Assembly (NCBI GenBank): GCA_043228905.1
Contig: JBHGNT010000027.1
Coordinates: 62,001 to 126,000 of the forward strand
Direction: 5' to 3'
Length of the DNA: 64,000 nt
DNA from: Azolla caroliniana
Taxonomy: Eukaryota > Plantae > Polypodiophyta
Shown here: in pieces, positions 11,036 to 22,845 of the stretch
Layout: every line of letters starts with the position of its first letter
Numbering within the stretch: the first letter of the stretch is position 1
The notes under the pieces: generated by a model
The model's database searches: none
The model's input: only the letters and a program-made list of their open reading frames with translations
Told to the model about the DNA's origin: nothing
Made by a program: the position numbers and the translations under genes

Positions 11036-12040
11036 AAAGAATGCATTGGATGGATGCCTGGGCATTGAGAGGGAAGGACGCTTCCAAAGGCGAAAGGCCA
11101 TGGGGAGATACCGTCTGTGATCCATGGGTTTCCAATCGGGAAACCGTATCCAAGCTTGCCGGGCATGCCGTGTGCTGCGGCTCTGCCTCGGACTTGAGAA
11201 ACTTAGCGAACTGAAACATCATTGTAGCTAAAGGAAAGGAAATCAACTGAGACTCCGTTAGTAGCGGCGAGCGAAAGCGGATTAGGCAAAGAAAAGGGAA
11301 GGGGCCCCAGCCCAGAAGGGCCGCTTTCCCTGGCCCCGTGCGGGGGAGAACTTGCAGTAGAGGGAAGGGTGGGAACCCTTCCTCAAGGAATTCTGAAAAG
11401 GTTGGAAGATCTGGCCAAAGAAGGTGATAGCCCCGTAGATCTTTCCTGGCAAGTTTGATTACCATTACAAAACGCGGATACCGTGTTTGAATAATGATCG
11501 CTTTACGTGACTAAGGGGGACCACCCCCGCGCCTAAGTATTCCTCAATGACCGATAGCGTACCACAAGTACCGTGAGGGAAAAGTGAAAAGACCCCGCCG
11601 TATGCCGGGAGTGCAATAGAAAACCTGAAATCCGATGCAAACTATCAGTCGGAAGAGCGAAGCTGAGAAAATGCGGCAAAGCCACTAATGTTCGATGGAA
11701 CGCATACGCGAAGCTGAGAAAGCGCTGTAGCTTTCGGAGGCAAAGCCACTAATGTTCGCATACGCGAACCCTTGAGCGAAGCTTCGCGTTGTCGGCTCTC
11801 GCTTTAGCACTTTCCACCCTAACGGCGTACCTTTTGCATAATGGGTCAGCGAGTGAATGGGAACAGCGGCTTAAGCCATTAGGTGTAGGCGCAACGAGGT
11901 TGAATCTTCGGCGTTGTTTCTATTTGACCCGAAACCGATTGATCTAGCCACGAGCAGGTTGAATCGAGCTCTCCACAGAGGCCTTGGAGGACCGAACTCA
12001 CGTATGTGGCAAAATACGGGGATGACTCGTGGCTAGGGGT
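11036..12040 (+). rRNA. rrnL: 26S (LSU) rRNA, 5' exon
   Basis: GCATTGGATGGATGCCTGGGC, GAACTGAAACATC, AGTACCGTGAGGGAAA, GACCCGAAACC; ends GGCTAGGGGT. 5' end approximate. Confidence 0.95.
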
Positions 12041-12600
12041 GAATCAAAGAGCTACGACTCCGCCGTTCCTTTGTTGAAGTCCGAAGGACCACAAGAAGAG
12101 GGAAAAGGAGTCCTCCTCTGGCCTTTCGCCCCACAAGCGTGCGAACGCTTTTTCAATAACTGGCTCATAACGGTGAAACCAGCTTACCCTTTGAGAGTAA
12201 TGGCCACACCGTGGGAAGTCGTGAAAGCTTCTCTCCCTTTATTGCGGTCGAGTGCCCCAGCAAGCAAGCAAGCAAGCAAGCAAGCACGCCCTCAACGACG
12301 AGGAATAAAGCGGGTCAGGCCCCAAGATGAAAGCAGGTCAAGTTTGGTAGGCGGTTAGCTAACGCCAACCCGGGTTCAGCAAGCAAGCAAGCAAGCAAGA
12401 ATGCGCCAGGATAGGTGCCCCGGGACCAACACTTAAACAGTCCAGGGTCCCACCACCAAAAGGTCTTGTTCCCACTGTCCTCGTTGCTTTATCTCGTATT
12501 CCAGAACCACCTTGTTCTTAGGGAATCTCTCTCGTAGCTACGAGCTAGCTCATTGACCCCGTAACGACTGATTCGAAAGATGAGAGCATGATTGTTAATG
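12041..12600 (+). other. 5' half of a split group I intron in rrnL (rrnLi825g1-type site)
   Basis: P element GGCTCATAACGGTGAAACC (~12162), Q element ACACCGTGGGAAG (~12206), R element CCCGTAACGACTG (12558-12570). No S element or exon continuation nearby. Right boundary approximate. Confidence 0.8.
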
Positions 12601-13159
12601 CCAACACGCCGGTTCTCACTCCCTTCGGCCGAATCCATCTCGAACCAAAGGTTGGTTCTCCGGCCATATGCACCAGTGTATCGAGAGCTGCTGCTTTTCA
12701 GCGAAGAAAAAAACTAAACTTTAGACGGGCTTCGTGATGTTTATGCTTTTTCATTGGAGCATCTATGAACATGTGAACACTGCTGCTGGCCCGACTGAAA
12801 TTCACTTACGTAACCTTCTAGCCGAGGTCAATTTTGTCACTGAGATTGTTGTTCTAGCTAGGCCTTCTTGCTCTCTGGAGCCAAGTGAAGCGCAGTGATC
12901 ATTGGAATGCAAGGCCATGAACATGACGTAAGGGAAGGCCGAATCCATCTCGAACCAAAGGTTGGTTCTCCGGCCATATGCACCGGTTCATCGTAACCGT
13001 TCGAGAGCGAAAAAAAAAACTAAACGCAGAAGCTAGACAATTGCTAGCGGCCCAACAAGAAAAGAAGCGGATTGACGTGGCCGTAGAAAGAATGGATAAA
13101 TTTCTATGTGACCTACAGAAAACAGAGCCGGCGAGACTCCGAAGTATCGCCGGCACTCC

Positions 13160-13232
13160 GGGTAATTAGCTCAGTTGGTAGAGCGCCTCGTTTACACCGA
13201 GGGAGTCAGCGGTTCGAGTCCGTTATTGCCCA
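13160..13232 (+). tRNA. trnV-UAC: tRNA-Val(UAC)
   Basis: GGGTAAT/ATTGCCC, CCTCG-TT-TAC-AC-CGAGG. Confidence 0.94.
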
Positions 13233-13450
13233 TGGTTGTAAACTTGGTTATTAGGACGCCTTAGTTCCTATCAATCTAAAATAGAATGATCAATTACCAC
13301 GCTTAACCTTTCTGGTCGGAGGGGCCAAAGAGGAGGCCCTGCGGTACAACCTATTTGTTTTCTGAAGGCGTTGCGTGCGATTTACAAAGACCTGAAAGCT
13401 TGGCACGCTTTCCCGTTGATTATTGATGGCTCGTGATCTTGTCGGGAAAG

Positions 13451-13537
13451 GGATGGATGTCTGAGCGGTTTAAAGAGTCGGTCTTGAAAACCGAAGTATT
13501 CGGAGAGATACCGGGGGTTCGAATCCCTCTCCATCCG
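13451..13537 (+). tRNA. trnS-UGA: tRNA-Ser(UGA)
   Basis: GGATGGA/TCCATCC, TCGGT-CT-TGA-AA-ACCGA, long variable arm. Confidence 0.94.
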
Positions 13538-13683
13538 TGAGTATGGTCATAAGTTAGCATTCCCACTTTCCCATCACCCTAACTTGATTTGGAAAGCATA
13601 TAGGCATTCTATAAGCCTTCTATAAGAGCCTGAGAGGTTAAAAGGGATCGTCGTAAGCGGGCTCCATTGAGCAAGTCGCGCGT

Positions 13684-13715
<32 letters not shown>

Positions 13716-13842
13716 GGGAGAATCGAAAAATACGGGGTGGTGTTTCAGTTTCCTCTAATTGCTACGCCATCCGAGCCATTGGCGTTCTTAGCTCTATCCA
13801 GTTAGCAGTGAAAAAGGGTGGTTTCGAAATAAGAATCGATGT

Positions 13843-13928
13843 GCGGATATGATGGAATTGGTAGACATGCCAGGTTTAGGTTCTGGTGACCTTACTCAGT
13901 CGTGGGGGTTCAAATCCCTCTATCCGTA
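13843..13928 (+). tRNA. trnL-UAG: tRNA-Leu(UAG)
   Basis: GCGGATA/TATCCGT, CCAGG-TT-TAG-GT-TCTGG, long variable arm. Confidence 0.92.
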
Positions 13929-14289
13929 GCAGTTGGAACCTCAGAGTTATGCAATCATTAGGCCTCTAGTGAGAAATCAAATGGGTTTCTTCTCTCCCTT
14001 CAATCACTAAGCAGTCCTCCGTCGCCTGGAGAGTGATCCTCGAACGTGTATACGAGCCATCGTAATTACCCAATCACATATTTTAGGGCCCGAACCCGAT
14101 CCAACGTACGTAGCCTCGAACCAATGAATCTGGTCACAAGAAACGAACGAAGCCCGAACCATACCTTCGAGACTGAACGACCCGAGGGGCTAACTGCCTG
14201 CCTGCAGAGACTGCACTTCCCAACTTTCTTTGGGAAAGGGACTGCCAAGAATCTGGTAAAAGAGTTCGAATGGTTCGGGGAACAATAGA

Positions 14290-14510
14290 AAGACGCTTTG
14301 GTTGCCATCGGACAACCTAAAGACCCGAACAGGGTTGATTTATATAGATCTGGTAATAGTGAAGATACTTTGTAGTTTGATATGAAGCAATCGTACACCG
14401 CCGTATAGAGTGGTAGGTCCTTATACACTCTCTTAAAATGGTTAACAACCAACGCAACCAAAGCAGCTGCTTTTGGTGAATGAAAGCAAAAGTAGCTTTA
14501 GATTCTATTC
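14290..14510 (-). pseudogene. Fragment of a linear-plasmid-type (T3/T7-like) RNA polymerase, C-terminal region
   Basis: Frameshifted ATFA-FIHQK..A...VVNHF....PLYTAVYDCFIS resembles the NFIHQKDA...PIYTVHDNFIT motifs of mitochondrial plasmid RNA polymerases. Confidence 0.65.
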
Positions 14511-15907
14511 AAACTAGAATTCGTTTATTATTTAAAGATATGAGTTTGTTTGATCAAAGAAGAAAACAAGGTTTTCTTTGTATTAATAATATTTTCATTT
14601 ATACCGCAATTTTTCTGCTGTCATACAATAGCATTAGAAAATGAGATATTGAAATTGAAAAAAAAGTGTTATAATGTAAGTTTAATGGTAAAGGCCGTGG
14701 CTATTTTGTTTTTCGATTAATTCAGACTCAAGAAAATCTGAGTCTGGGTCAATCTCTGTTGATAAACAATCTGACGGTAAAGATTTTAATAATAATAATT
14801 TAGACTCTGGAAAAGAGGCAATCCCTATTAATAAACAATCTAACAATAAAGATTCTAAAATATCGTAAGTATTTCAATCGTATATACATCGAAGGACGTT
14901 AAAATGTCTATTAGTTCTTTATCTTTCTTGAAGTGCGCAATAAACCTATCCTGCATGTTGGTTTGCCTTTTGTTGGTCAGCTTATCAATCAAAAAGGTCC
15001 AGCGAGTTATTATAGATTGATCTCTCGTCAACAAATTGTTCGATCATTTTTTGCAAGTATTCCTTCCTTCTCAAGAAATCCGCCGAATTTGTTTGGCCCA
15101 ATCCATCGCTTATCATTAATCTTTCCTTACCTCTCTTTTCTTCGGCTTCAAGCTTAACCTTTGCTTCTTCGAGCAATTGGCACACGCACGGTTTGAACGT
15201 ACAAATTCCTATTTGAATATATTTCTTATGAGATTTATCTAACGCTGACCGCCAGAACATTATTCTTGATAATAAAGTTAGAAGCAGGCAAAAGAAATTC
15301 TTCAACCTCTGCTTCGCTATCGCCGTCACTATAGGGCTCTTCGCAGTCCAGGTCATCAAGTTCCGCCACAGCGAAGGCCTGTAATCTGAGACATTGTACA
15401 CAGGATCGATGGAGTCGAGCTAGCCGCTTCATCGTTGAGATTAACCTTGAAAGGGCACGCACGGTTTGTTGTTTGCAGAGTATTCTCCAGGAGCAACGGT
15501 GAATAAACTCTCTGGAAACGAATCTTCATTGTTGTTAGGTGTCTTTTTCCAATGACTTAACAATGCCGGCAAAGACTTACTCCGTTGTTTTTTAACAAGT
15601 TAGACAGGGAGGGTATAGTGCTTTTTGTGCTGCTTTTGTGCCCCCATGTCCGAGGGGCGGGCTCAGATGCCCCCAATTATCAGTAGGGAAGGGAGTGCGA
15701 ACTTTCTTCATTAAATTCACGTAGCACCAAATTCACACCAGAATCGAATTCTCGCTTTCTTTTTTTTTGGCAGGTCTCATTGTCAATATTAGAATCATTA
15801 AGCATTCGAACGATGGATTACCAATTACTCGATTCTGCGATGTAGGGTGTGTGCTGCTAAAGTGTCTAACAGCTCTTGACCCCAGCTCATTACATGTTTT
15901 CAATGGT

Positions 15908-16600
15908 TCACCGCCACCTATAATGCGCGAAACTTCTATTGGCCTCTGCCGGTTTATGAAGATCATCCCTTCTTTTACGAACATTTCCCTTTCTTTGATA
16001 AGCATCCGGTATCTCAGCAGATGAACATTAATCCAAGCTCTGGCTATTTCTGCTCATAGTACGTCATTTGACAGCTGCTTCCATGATCCGACGAAAAGCT
16101 AAGGTTTCTTAACGTTCTTTGGCAATAATCTTGAGTACATTACGAGTAGTCCCTGCGATTCTCACTTTCTTGATTTCGCGAGTAGGCTTGACATTCTCTA
16201 TGGCGTTAGCCAGGAGTGTGATAACATGAACATCGGGTTCAGTTCAGGAAAGACGAGAAGAAGTTTAGGAAACAATAACACGAGATTTTGTTCTTTTACC
16301 ATCAATCATACAAAAGTGGACTAATTTCTTGATTAATCTTTTTTGTTTATTATCCACTCCCCAGATGTAGCTTAATCTCTCCGAGCAGCTGTATGTGCTT
16401 CCTTCACGGCCTCCCTTGGGTCTGGGTGACAAAAGCCCTGCTAGATGGGCGCAGAAATATTTGCAATGGGATCGAAGCGGATGGCTTTCCGTTCCAAAAG
16501 TTTCCGCCGGTCATTCTGAAAGTCTTCCCGAAAAATTAAACCGGTCTGAAGGCGATGAGCGAGAAAAGCAACCATTCCCTGATTTGACCTTTTTATTCGT
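15908..16600 (-). CDS. rps7: Ribosomal protein S7 (ACG start)
   Basis: 693 nt: [18 protein letters not shown]...[19 protein letters not shown]...[12 protein letters not shown]; internal stops fall at Gln/Arg positions. Confidence 0.92.
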
Positions 16601-16977
16601 ATCGAATTCTTAGGTTTCTCTGTACCATGTTTTAGTCTGCCTCATCTTCAATCCGGGATTCCCTACGAATCTTTAACTCCTCGAATACGATGATAATTCA
16701 CACCTAACGAATCTTTCACTCTACCTCCTCTAGCCGTAACCGCAGGATGCTCCTATGAATTATAACCCTCGCCAAAGATGTGAGCAATGATATTCCTTCA
16801 ATTGCTTGAACGTGCCTTGGCTATCTTGCATAAAGCCAGATTAGGTTTTTTTAGTGTTCTTGTCGAAACACGCGGGCGTACCCCAAACTTTTAGAGACAT
16901 TAATTCGAAGCTCAAGTACATGTTTTGTGACGTTTTGCCCTTCTACAATGACGAAGCAATTAATTTATGGTAGGCGT
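16597..16977 (-). CDS. rps12: Ribosomal protein S12 (ACG start, CGA predicted edited to stop)
   Basis: 381 nt: (M)PTIN(Q)LLRH...TRT.KKPN.AL.KIAK...GEG.N..EH..V..RGGRVKD..GVNYH.IRGVKD. Confidence 0.94.
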
Positions 16978-17364
16978 ATTTCGCAATCTGTGTTTTTCCT
17001 TCTGCGTGCGGCCCCGAAAAGCGTTCATCATGCATCCGCCCGCTTGACACAGCACTCACCCCTTGACATAACCGAACGATTACCTTTCGGTTGGCGGTAA
17101 ATCGTTTAGGTCAAGCAACCTGGACTCGCCACTACCGTACCTAGGGCCGTCCATTGCGATTATGCCGAGGGCGTCTGCCGTAAGCCTAGCAAAAGAAGAA
17201 GATATTGTTGTGATCTGGGAGGCGCGCGCCGTAGTAGCTGGGGTATCGGTTCTTTCCTCCTTTTATTTTCCCGGTCGGTGCTCTCACCCTCGAAGAAGCA
17301 TCGATCGGACGATCGCAAGGCGGCATTCTGTTTACGAAATTTCCATCGGCGGGCGTGCGTGAGA

Positions 17365-17400
17365 GGGGTCTGGACGCCGTTTTCTTCCGACCAGAACCCC
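17365..17400 (-). terminator. Stem-loop just downstream of nad1
   Basis: GGGGTCTGG..CG / CG.CCAGAACCCC imperfect inverted repeat, ~35 nt after the stop. Confidence 0.45.
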
Positions 17401-17436
17401 ATTAATTATGACGTTCAACATCACAGTATGCTCAAT

Positions 17437-17698
17437 TCATTGAGGTAGCCAGTCAAAGGCTACTGGAACGCCGAATACAGAAACTACCCGAGCTAATGAT
17501 AAAGGCGGGAAGACTTTCCGTCCAAGTCTCATTGGTTAATCATAACAATGTCATAGAAATGCTGCGCAAACCCATATATATACGAACGGAAAGAAAATAA
17601 CCTTTGTGCCAAACCAGATTGAGCCCGGAATTCCCTGGAAACTAGGAAGATCTAAAATGGATGGCCAACCTCCCGGGAAAGGCGGTGTACATAGACTA
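17437..17698 (-). CDS. nad1: nad1 exon 4
   Basis: SLCT..F.GGW..ILDLP...YIWV.AAF....YD(Q).MRLG.K...DWLP-CAA-TGA (CAA may be edited to UAA). Confidence 0.93.
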
Positions 17699-19156
17699 GG
17701 AGAGTGAGGGCGCGGCTCTGTGGCCCTTAGCCCAATAGGTGTATCCACACCCTTCTCAAAGAACCGTACGTGACACTCTCGCGTCATACGGCTCCGTCCC
17801 GGGAATATTGAGTTTCCTCTTCTCCAACCAATGCAACGTTTAGGTCTTCGAATCCGATCTCTCTCTCGCATGGATGTCTCGGTGGTGGTTGGCACAGCAG
17901 CAGCAGAGTGGGATCGACTTACAGTTCAGGCTGGCCTACAAGGCGGTTCATCAAACCCGCCAACCCCTTTTTCATCATGAAGGCCTTCATGATGAACCGG
18001 TTCATCGGCTTAGAGCCCGCATAGACGGAGAAAAATCTCTAAAGTGAGTGAGTCCCCAGGAGAACAATGAGAGGTAGGTGGTCAAAGGCCGAGCGAGAAA
18101 GTTCCTGCCTGCCTGCCTGCCTGCCTGCCGGGGGGAGAGATTGAAGCCACTCAACCTACAGAAAGGGCAGCTGAAAACAACCAACCGGGTTTGTGCTTGC
18201 TGCTGATAAGCACACTTTCTTTAGGTTTTAACCCAGCAGAGAGAATGCGATAGCATTAAAGTGGGTTGGCTACCAGACCAGGGTACTCCTCCCTCCTCTA
18301 ACTTGGAATTGATAGCGGAGCGTTAGTAGGGAGCTGTGAGATACGGTGCTTTACCTTCTGACTCCGAGAACGAATTTTTGGAAATAAACAGTACCATCAC
18401 TTCTCCCGCGGGCTCGAGCAAGGCGCCTGACAAGAGGCGCAGCGAGTCTTTCTCCGACCATTCCAAAAAGATCCCCTTTAACGTAACGTAACGAACAAGT
18501 TTTCAGCAGAAATCCCTCTTCGCTGGGGGTTAAGTCGCCTGGTTCAGACTCAATTTGCTCATGGGACGCCAGTAGCAAGCAAGCAAGCAAGCAGTCTCTC
18601 GTCCGCAACAGGAGTACATGGGGCTGCCGTTGTCTCGGTGATTCTGTTTTGCTAGCCTTTCAGACTAGTGTCTACCACTGTTGTTGGTGAGTCTTCTCTC
18701 CCAGGACCAGAATGATTACCCCTGTCCAATGAGTTTACATTCATCCCTGGATGTCGGGTACTGTTTCCTTCCCCGCCATCTTTGTAGCCGTCACCTGTAA
18801 TCCGTGCAAGTGTGTCCGCACCCCCTGGAGGAAACGAGAAGGGATTTCTCGGAGCAACCCTCCCTGGTTCCAGACCTAAGAGCGCACTTTCCCATATGAG
18901 CATTCGATAGTATAGGTCTGGGGAAGAGTTGCGGGATAACCACCTGAGATATCCTCCTAATCTTAGATAGGTCGTCCGACGGGTTCGCGGTTCATTGCTG
19001 TGCTTACACACCAGGCTACCCCTCTTCGAAAGCTTCGCGGGACCTACTAGTCTTCAGATCGTCGCCCGGAGGAGTTTACTGCACAAAGCCCTTGAGGGGA
19101 CGCTGGCTCCTGCAGGGAGCGGAAGCCCAACGAATGTCGGATGCAAGGCTCCGCAC
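17699..19156 (-). other. Group II intron nad1i728g2 (no intact matR)
   Basis: 5' GTGCGG, domain V GAGCCGTATGACGCGAGAGTGTCACGTACGGTTC; only 1458 nt. Confidence 0.92.
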
Positions 19157-19490
19157 CTCATTAAGATCGTATTAGCATATTCTCCCGAAAGAGAGGGAGC
19201 AAATCCCATTAAAAGATATTCCGCATTATAGCCCACGACTGATTCAACTTCTACTTCTAGTAGATCAGACGGAGCTCGATTAGTTTCTACTGAGCGAAAG
19301 ATAGAAAACAGAATCAATACGGAGAACAAGAGAATGCGAAACCATATCTGCTCTTACGCTATGACAATCTCACTAAAATTACAAAAACCTACACAAATTA
19401 GTGCAGTAATGATAATAGGACCAATAGATACTTCGTACAAAACCATTTAGACGGCAAATCATGATACTCCTGAAAAAGCATATTTGGAAT
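19157..19490 (-). CDS. nad1: nad1 exon 3
   Basis: 334 nt, SKYAF.G......MV.YEVSIG...ETNRAP.DL.E.E.E.V.GYN.EY...GEYAN.ILM; cumulative length 728. Confidence 0.95.
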
Positions 19491-21006
19491 AAGGAGTGAA
19501 GCTGCTTTTCCACCAATCAACAGGATCAGTGTACGCTGAGTCCTCTCCGAACCATACGAGCACGTCGCCGCGCATACGGCTCTCTACCCCAACAACTTGC
19601 TTTAGATCGCCCGGGAAACCCGCCCGTCGATGTTCCTTCCGTAGAGGCACATTGACACGTGGTTGGCGGGGAGGGCAAAGCCGTACGTGATAGTCTACCA
19701 CCATCTGGCTTTCTTTTTCACTCCGAGAGGTCCGACGTAGTTGCAGGGGTTCGTCGTCTCCTGCTTCTCTGTCGTCCTCTTTAGTTTAGCGGAGTGGAAA
19801 ATTCTGACTCAGCGCCTTCATGATGAACCGGCGCGCGCGCGCGCCTTCATGCATGATGATGAAAACCGCTTCTTTTCTTTTCTTTTCTTTTCTTCGGCCG
19901 CCATAAAGCAATGCTTTATAATACCTCGCTCCGTACCCTTCCGTCCCGTTTGGGCTTGGTTCTGGCCCCCCTCGAGTACGCCCGTTCTTGGCGGTCGTCC
20001 TCGTGGTTCGTTCCCAGCAGGCAGGACTCGAGAGGAGCGGGCCGGACGTCATAAATCCAGGTCCTGCGGTCTAGCCTTAGCCCTCGGTAAGCAGATCGAT
20101 CGCTTCGTGTTCTCTCTCTGAATTTTGTGGTATGTCCTGTTCTTTTAGTTAAAACTGCTTGCTGGAGATCCACCAAACGACGATCAATTCTATTCCGCAT
20201 TGAGTCAGGTTTCGGGGATTCGAGTTTGCAGATTGCGTTGAGTAGAATCTGCCGAAGCTAGGCAGACATCCAGACTCCTTTCCTGCTGCTAGAAGAAAAC
20301 AACGTGGAAAAAGAAATAAAGACTTTCCTCTTCCCTGAAAACTAGCGTCTTCCCCGTGCGTGCGTGAGGGGCCCCTTTCGGGGCGGGTACTATGAGTCCT
20401 CTGACTACCTGCCAGAACAAAATCTGGCTGGGTTTCGCCGGTATCACCTACGGCTCTCATCCCAGATGTCCTGGAATGCAGTAAATCGGGATGTCGTTCA
20501 GTCTCTTGTCCCCAAGAGGATGGGTAATGTGCCTTCATGCAATGGTTGCTCCAATCCGATCTGGCCGGCAAGCAATCCCAGCTGGCAGAAAACAAGACAG
20601 CGTACAGTCGTTCGCTCGGCACAGAGGTACAAGGATAACTGTAGGTCGTTGGCTACCCAAGGAGACTTCAATTCGCTAGGACGGCACCTCATCCTGATCC
20701 ACAAGGTTGGTTCTTCCACATGGTGTTGTTAGGTACTCCCTGGGAAGACAGGATCGACCTTCAACCATGCTTTTACGGCATGCTCTTCCTTTCTTCCTGA
20801 ACTTCTTTGAACGTATCCCTATCCCCTTTTAGCCTCCTACACAAGAACCCCCCCTACCCTTCAAATCGCGAGTCAAGCCTATTACTAGTTCTGTCGAAGA
20901 GCCCTACACCCTGTATAGAGCAGATCATTCCACACTACAAACAATTTGACCACATGGGCGGGCCGGGCTGGCTGCTTTAGTACCACAGGTGACTGAACGG
21001 CCGCCC
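19491..21006 (-). other. Group II intron nad1i394g2 (cis)
   Basis: 5' GGGCGG, domain V GAGAGCCGTATGCGCGGCGACGTGCTCGTATGGTTC. Confidence 0.9.
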
Positions 21007-21142
21007 TACTAGACCGACCCACTGTAATAATCCCATAAACCCCTGGAGAAGATATAGCAAATAGATAGAATGTACCTACATTTGGATCCGACAATACCAT
21101 ACCATAATCAGAAAGTGTAACAGCCCGAGCAACCAAACTTAA
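21007..21142 (-). CDS. nad1: nad1 exon 2
   Basis: 136 nt, LSLVA.AV...[27 protein letters not shown]; cumulative length 394. Confidence 0.95.
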
Positions 21143-21220
21143 ATAGGGGTCAGTCAATGCTGCCCTCCAAACCGTACGTGGCAATCTTTTGTCATACAGC
21201 TCTCACTCGGAACACCTTAA

Positions 21221-21257
<37 letters not shown>

Positions 21258-22007
21258 GAGAGTATTGCCGTCCCTTCCGTTTCGAAGAATTGTTCCTTAT
21301 TCTCAACGCCGGCCGGCCGCATACGTACTGGCCGCGTTGAACTAAGGTTTGTTCTGACTAGTTGCCTTCGCGGCTCGGCCAGGTTTCTGGCATTCCTCCC
21401 TCGCTACTATGCGACCTCTGAGACCGCGCATCGTTTACTAGACAATGCGAAGCGGTTACTTCCCGTGGTTGCTCTCTTTTCGTGTCTTTGCCTTTCGAGG
21501 ACGGAGTAAGCGCTACGCACTTCCCTGCTTCGCCCCGTCAGAGCACCCAATGGTTACAGGTCTTTGCGCACCTGCTCGATTGTTTAAGTCAGTTCCTATG
21601 CTGGAATTACTTGTGGCTGGCTGTCCGGCAACCTTGACCGCTTCATGTGGAAGTCAAGGCTTTCGCCCAAACTGGGCCCTGGATTACTCCGCCACACACA
21701 TACTGACGTATTCTGTTCGGGATACGTAGCCCTTACTCAGGCAGTAGGTACGTACCAAGTGAGTCAATCTAACCTTTCTCGCATCAGCTGAGAGACACCA
21801 CCGAGGAGGGCTAAGCCGTCCTTCCTTCGGGGACCGGGGAAACCGCTTTGCCCGGCTTCGCCCCTTTCCGACTAACTGCTCGCGAACTCGATGGATTATT
21901 AGCCCAAGATGTTGTATTGGCCCGCCGTATATACTTCCAAGTCAAACATCTATGTTGGTTGTAGAAGGGTATTCTTCCGGAAAGAAAACGAGCCTCGCAC
22001 GGCGCAC
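21143..22007 (-). other. Group II intron nad1i258g2
   Basis: 5' GTGCGCC, domain V GAGAGCTGTATGACAAAAGATTGCCACGTACGGTTT, ends CCCCTAT. Confidence 0.9.
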
Positions 22008-22265
22008 CGTAGATGTAATTACCAGAACCATTACAGAAAGAAAGAAATTAGCACTTGGAGGTGGAATAGGTTCTTTTAAAATTGATTTCAAACCATCCGC
22101 TAAGAGTTATAACAACCCAGATGATCCCACCACATTAAGACCCTTTCAACGTTACATGGAAGCCATGACTTTACGTTCGACTGACACTGGAAAGACTACT
22201 CCTGGTAAAAGTAATATGATGATTCCAAAGATTTTAGCTAGGAGACGAAGGATATACGGCTTCGT
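22008..22265 (-). CDS. nad1: NADH dehydrogenase subunit 1, exon 1 (ACG start)
   Basis: 258 nt, ERKVMA.M(Q)R(R)KG.NVVG..GLL(Q).LADGLK.ILKEPI. Confidence 0.95.
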
Positions 22266-22772
22266 TTCGTCAACTAAGATAGGTTTCAAGAAAATGCCTT
22301 CAAAGCAGCATTAGAGGGACTTGCGTTGGCTTTCTTTGCCAACACAAGGTCTGTTCTTGATATTTATGGCAGTTCTTTCTTTCGTTGGCCGTTAGCGGCG
22401 GAAAAAAGTAGTCAATGAAATAATGTCACTTGATAGGCCTCTGACAACGACGTTGCCGACAACCAACCTCTTGAGAAAGGTAGTAAGGATCAAGGTGTGG
22501 ATGATGTTATTGATGTTGCGACCCAGACCGACATGGATGGTATTGATGTAGGAGTTCAGACGGATATCTTATTATACCAGCAGGTGCAACTACTCAATTT
22601 ATTGAATTCTTACCGGGCCGTAAAGAGCAGCTCGGCATTGAGGGAAAGCAGGAACCCACCCCACGAGTTTCCTTGAACAGTCTGCAGGAATTGACAGAAA
22701 ATCTTGTAGATAGAATGGCCGCCTTGACTTCCGAGGCTCGATGAAACGGGCTGGCTGCTATGAAACTGCCCA

Positions 22773-22845
22773 ACCTACTTAACTCAGGGGTTAGAGTATC
22801 GCTTTCATACGGCGAAAGTCATTGGTTCGAATCCAGTAGTAGGTA
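22773..22845 (+). tRNA. trnM-CAU: tRNA-Met(CAU), plastid-type
   Basis: ACCTACTTAACTCAG..TTAGAGTATCGCTTTCATACGGCG..GTAGGTA matches the chloroplast elongator trnM pattern. Confidence 0.9.

Noticed and set aside
17045-17160. Structured segment upstream of rps12 as a 5S rRNA or ncRNA
   Set aside because: It has a hairpin but no 5S signature; the true rrn5 is at 10290-10407.
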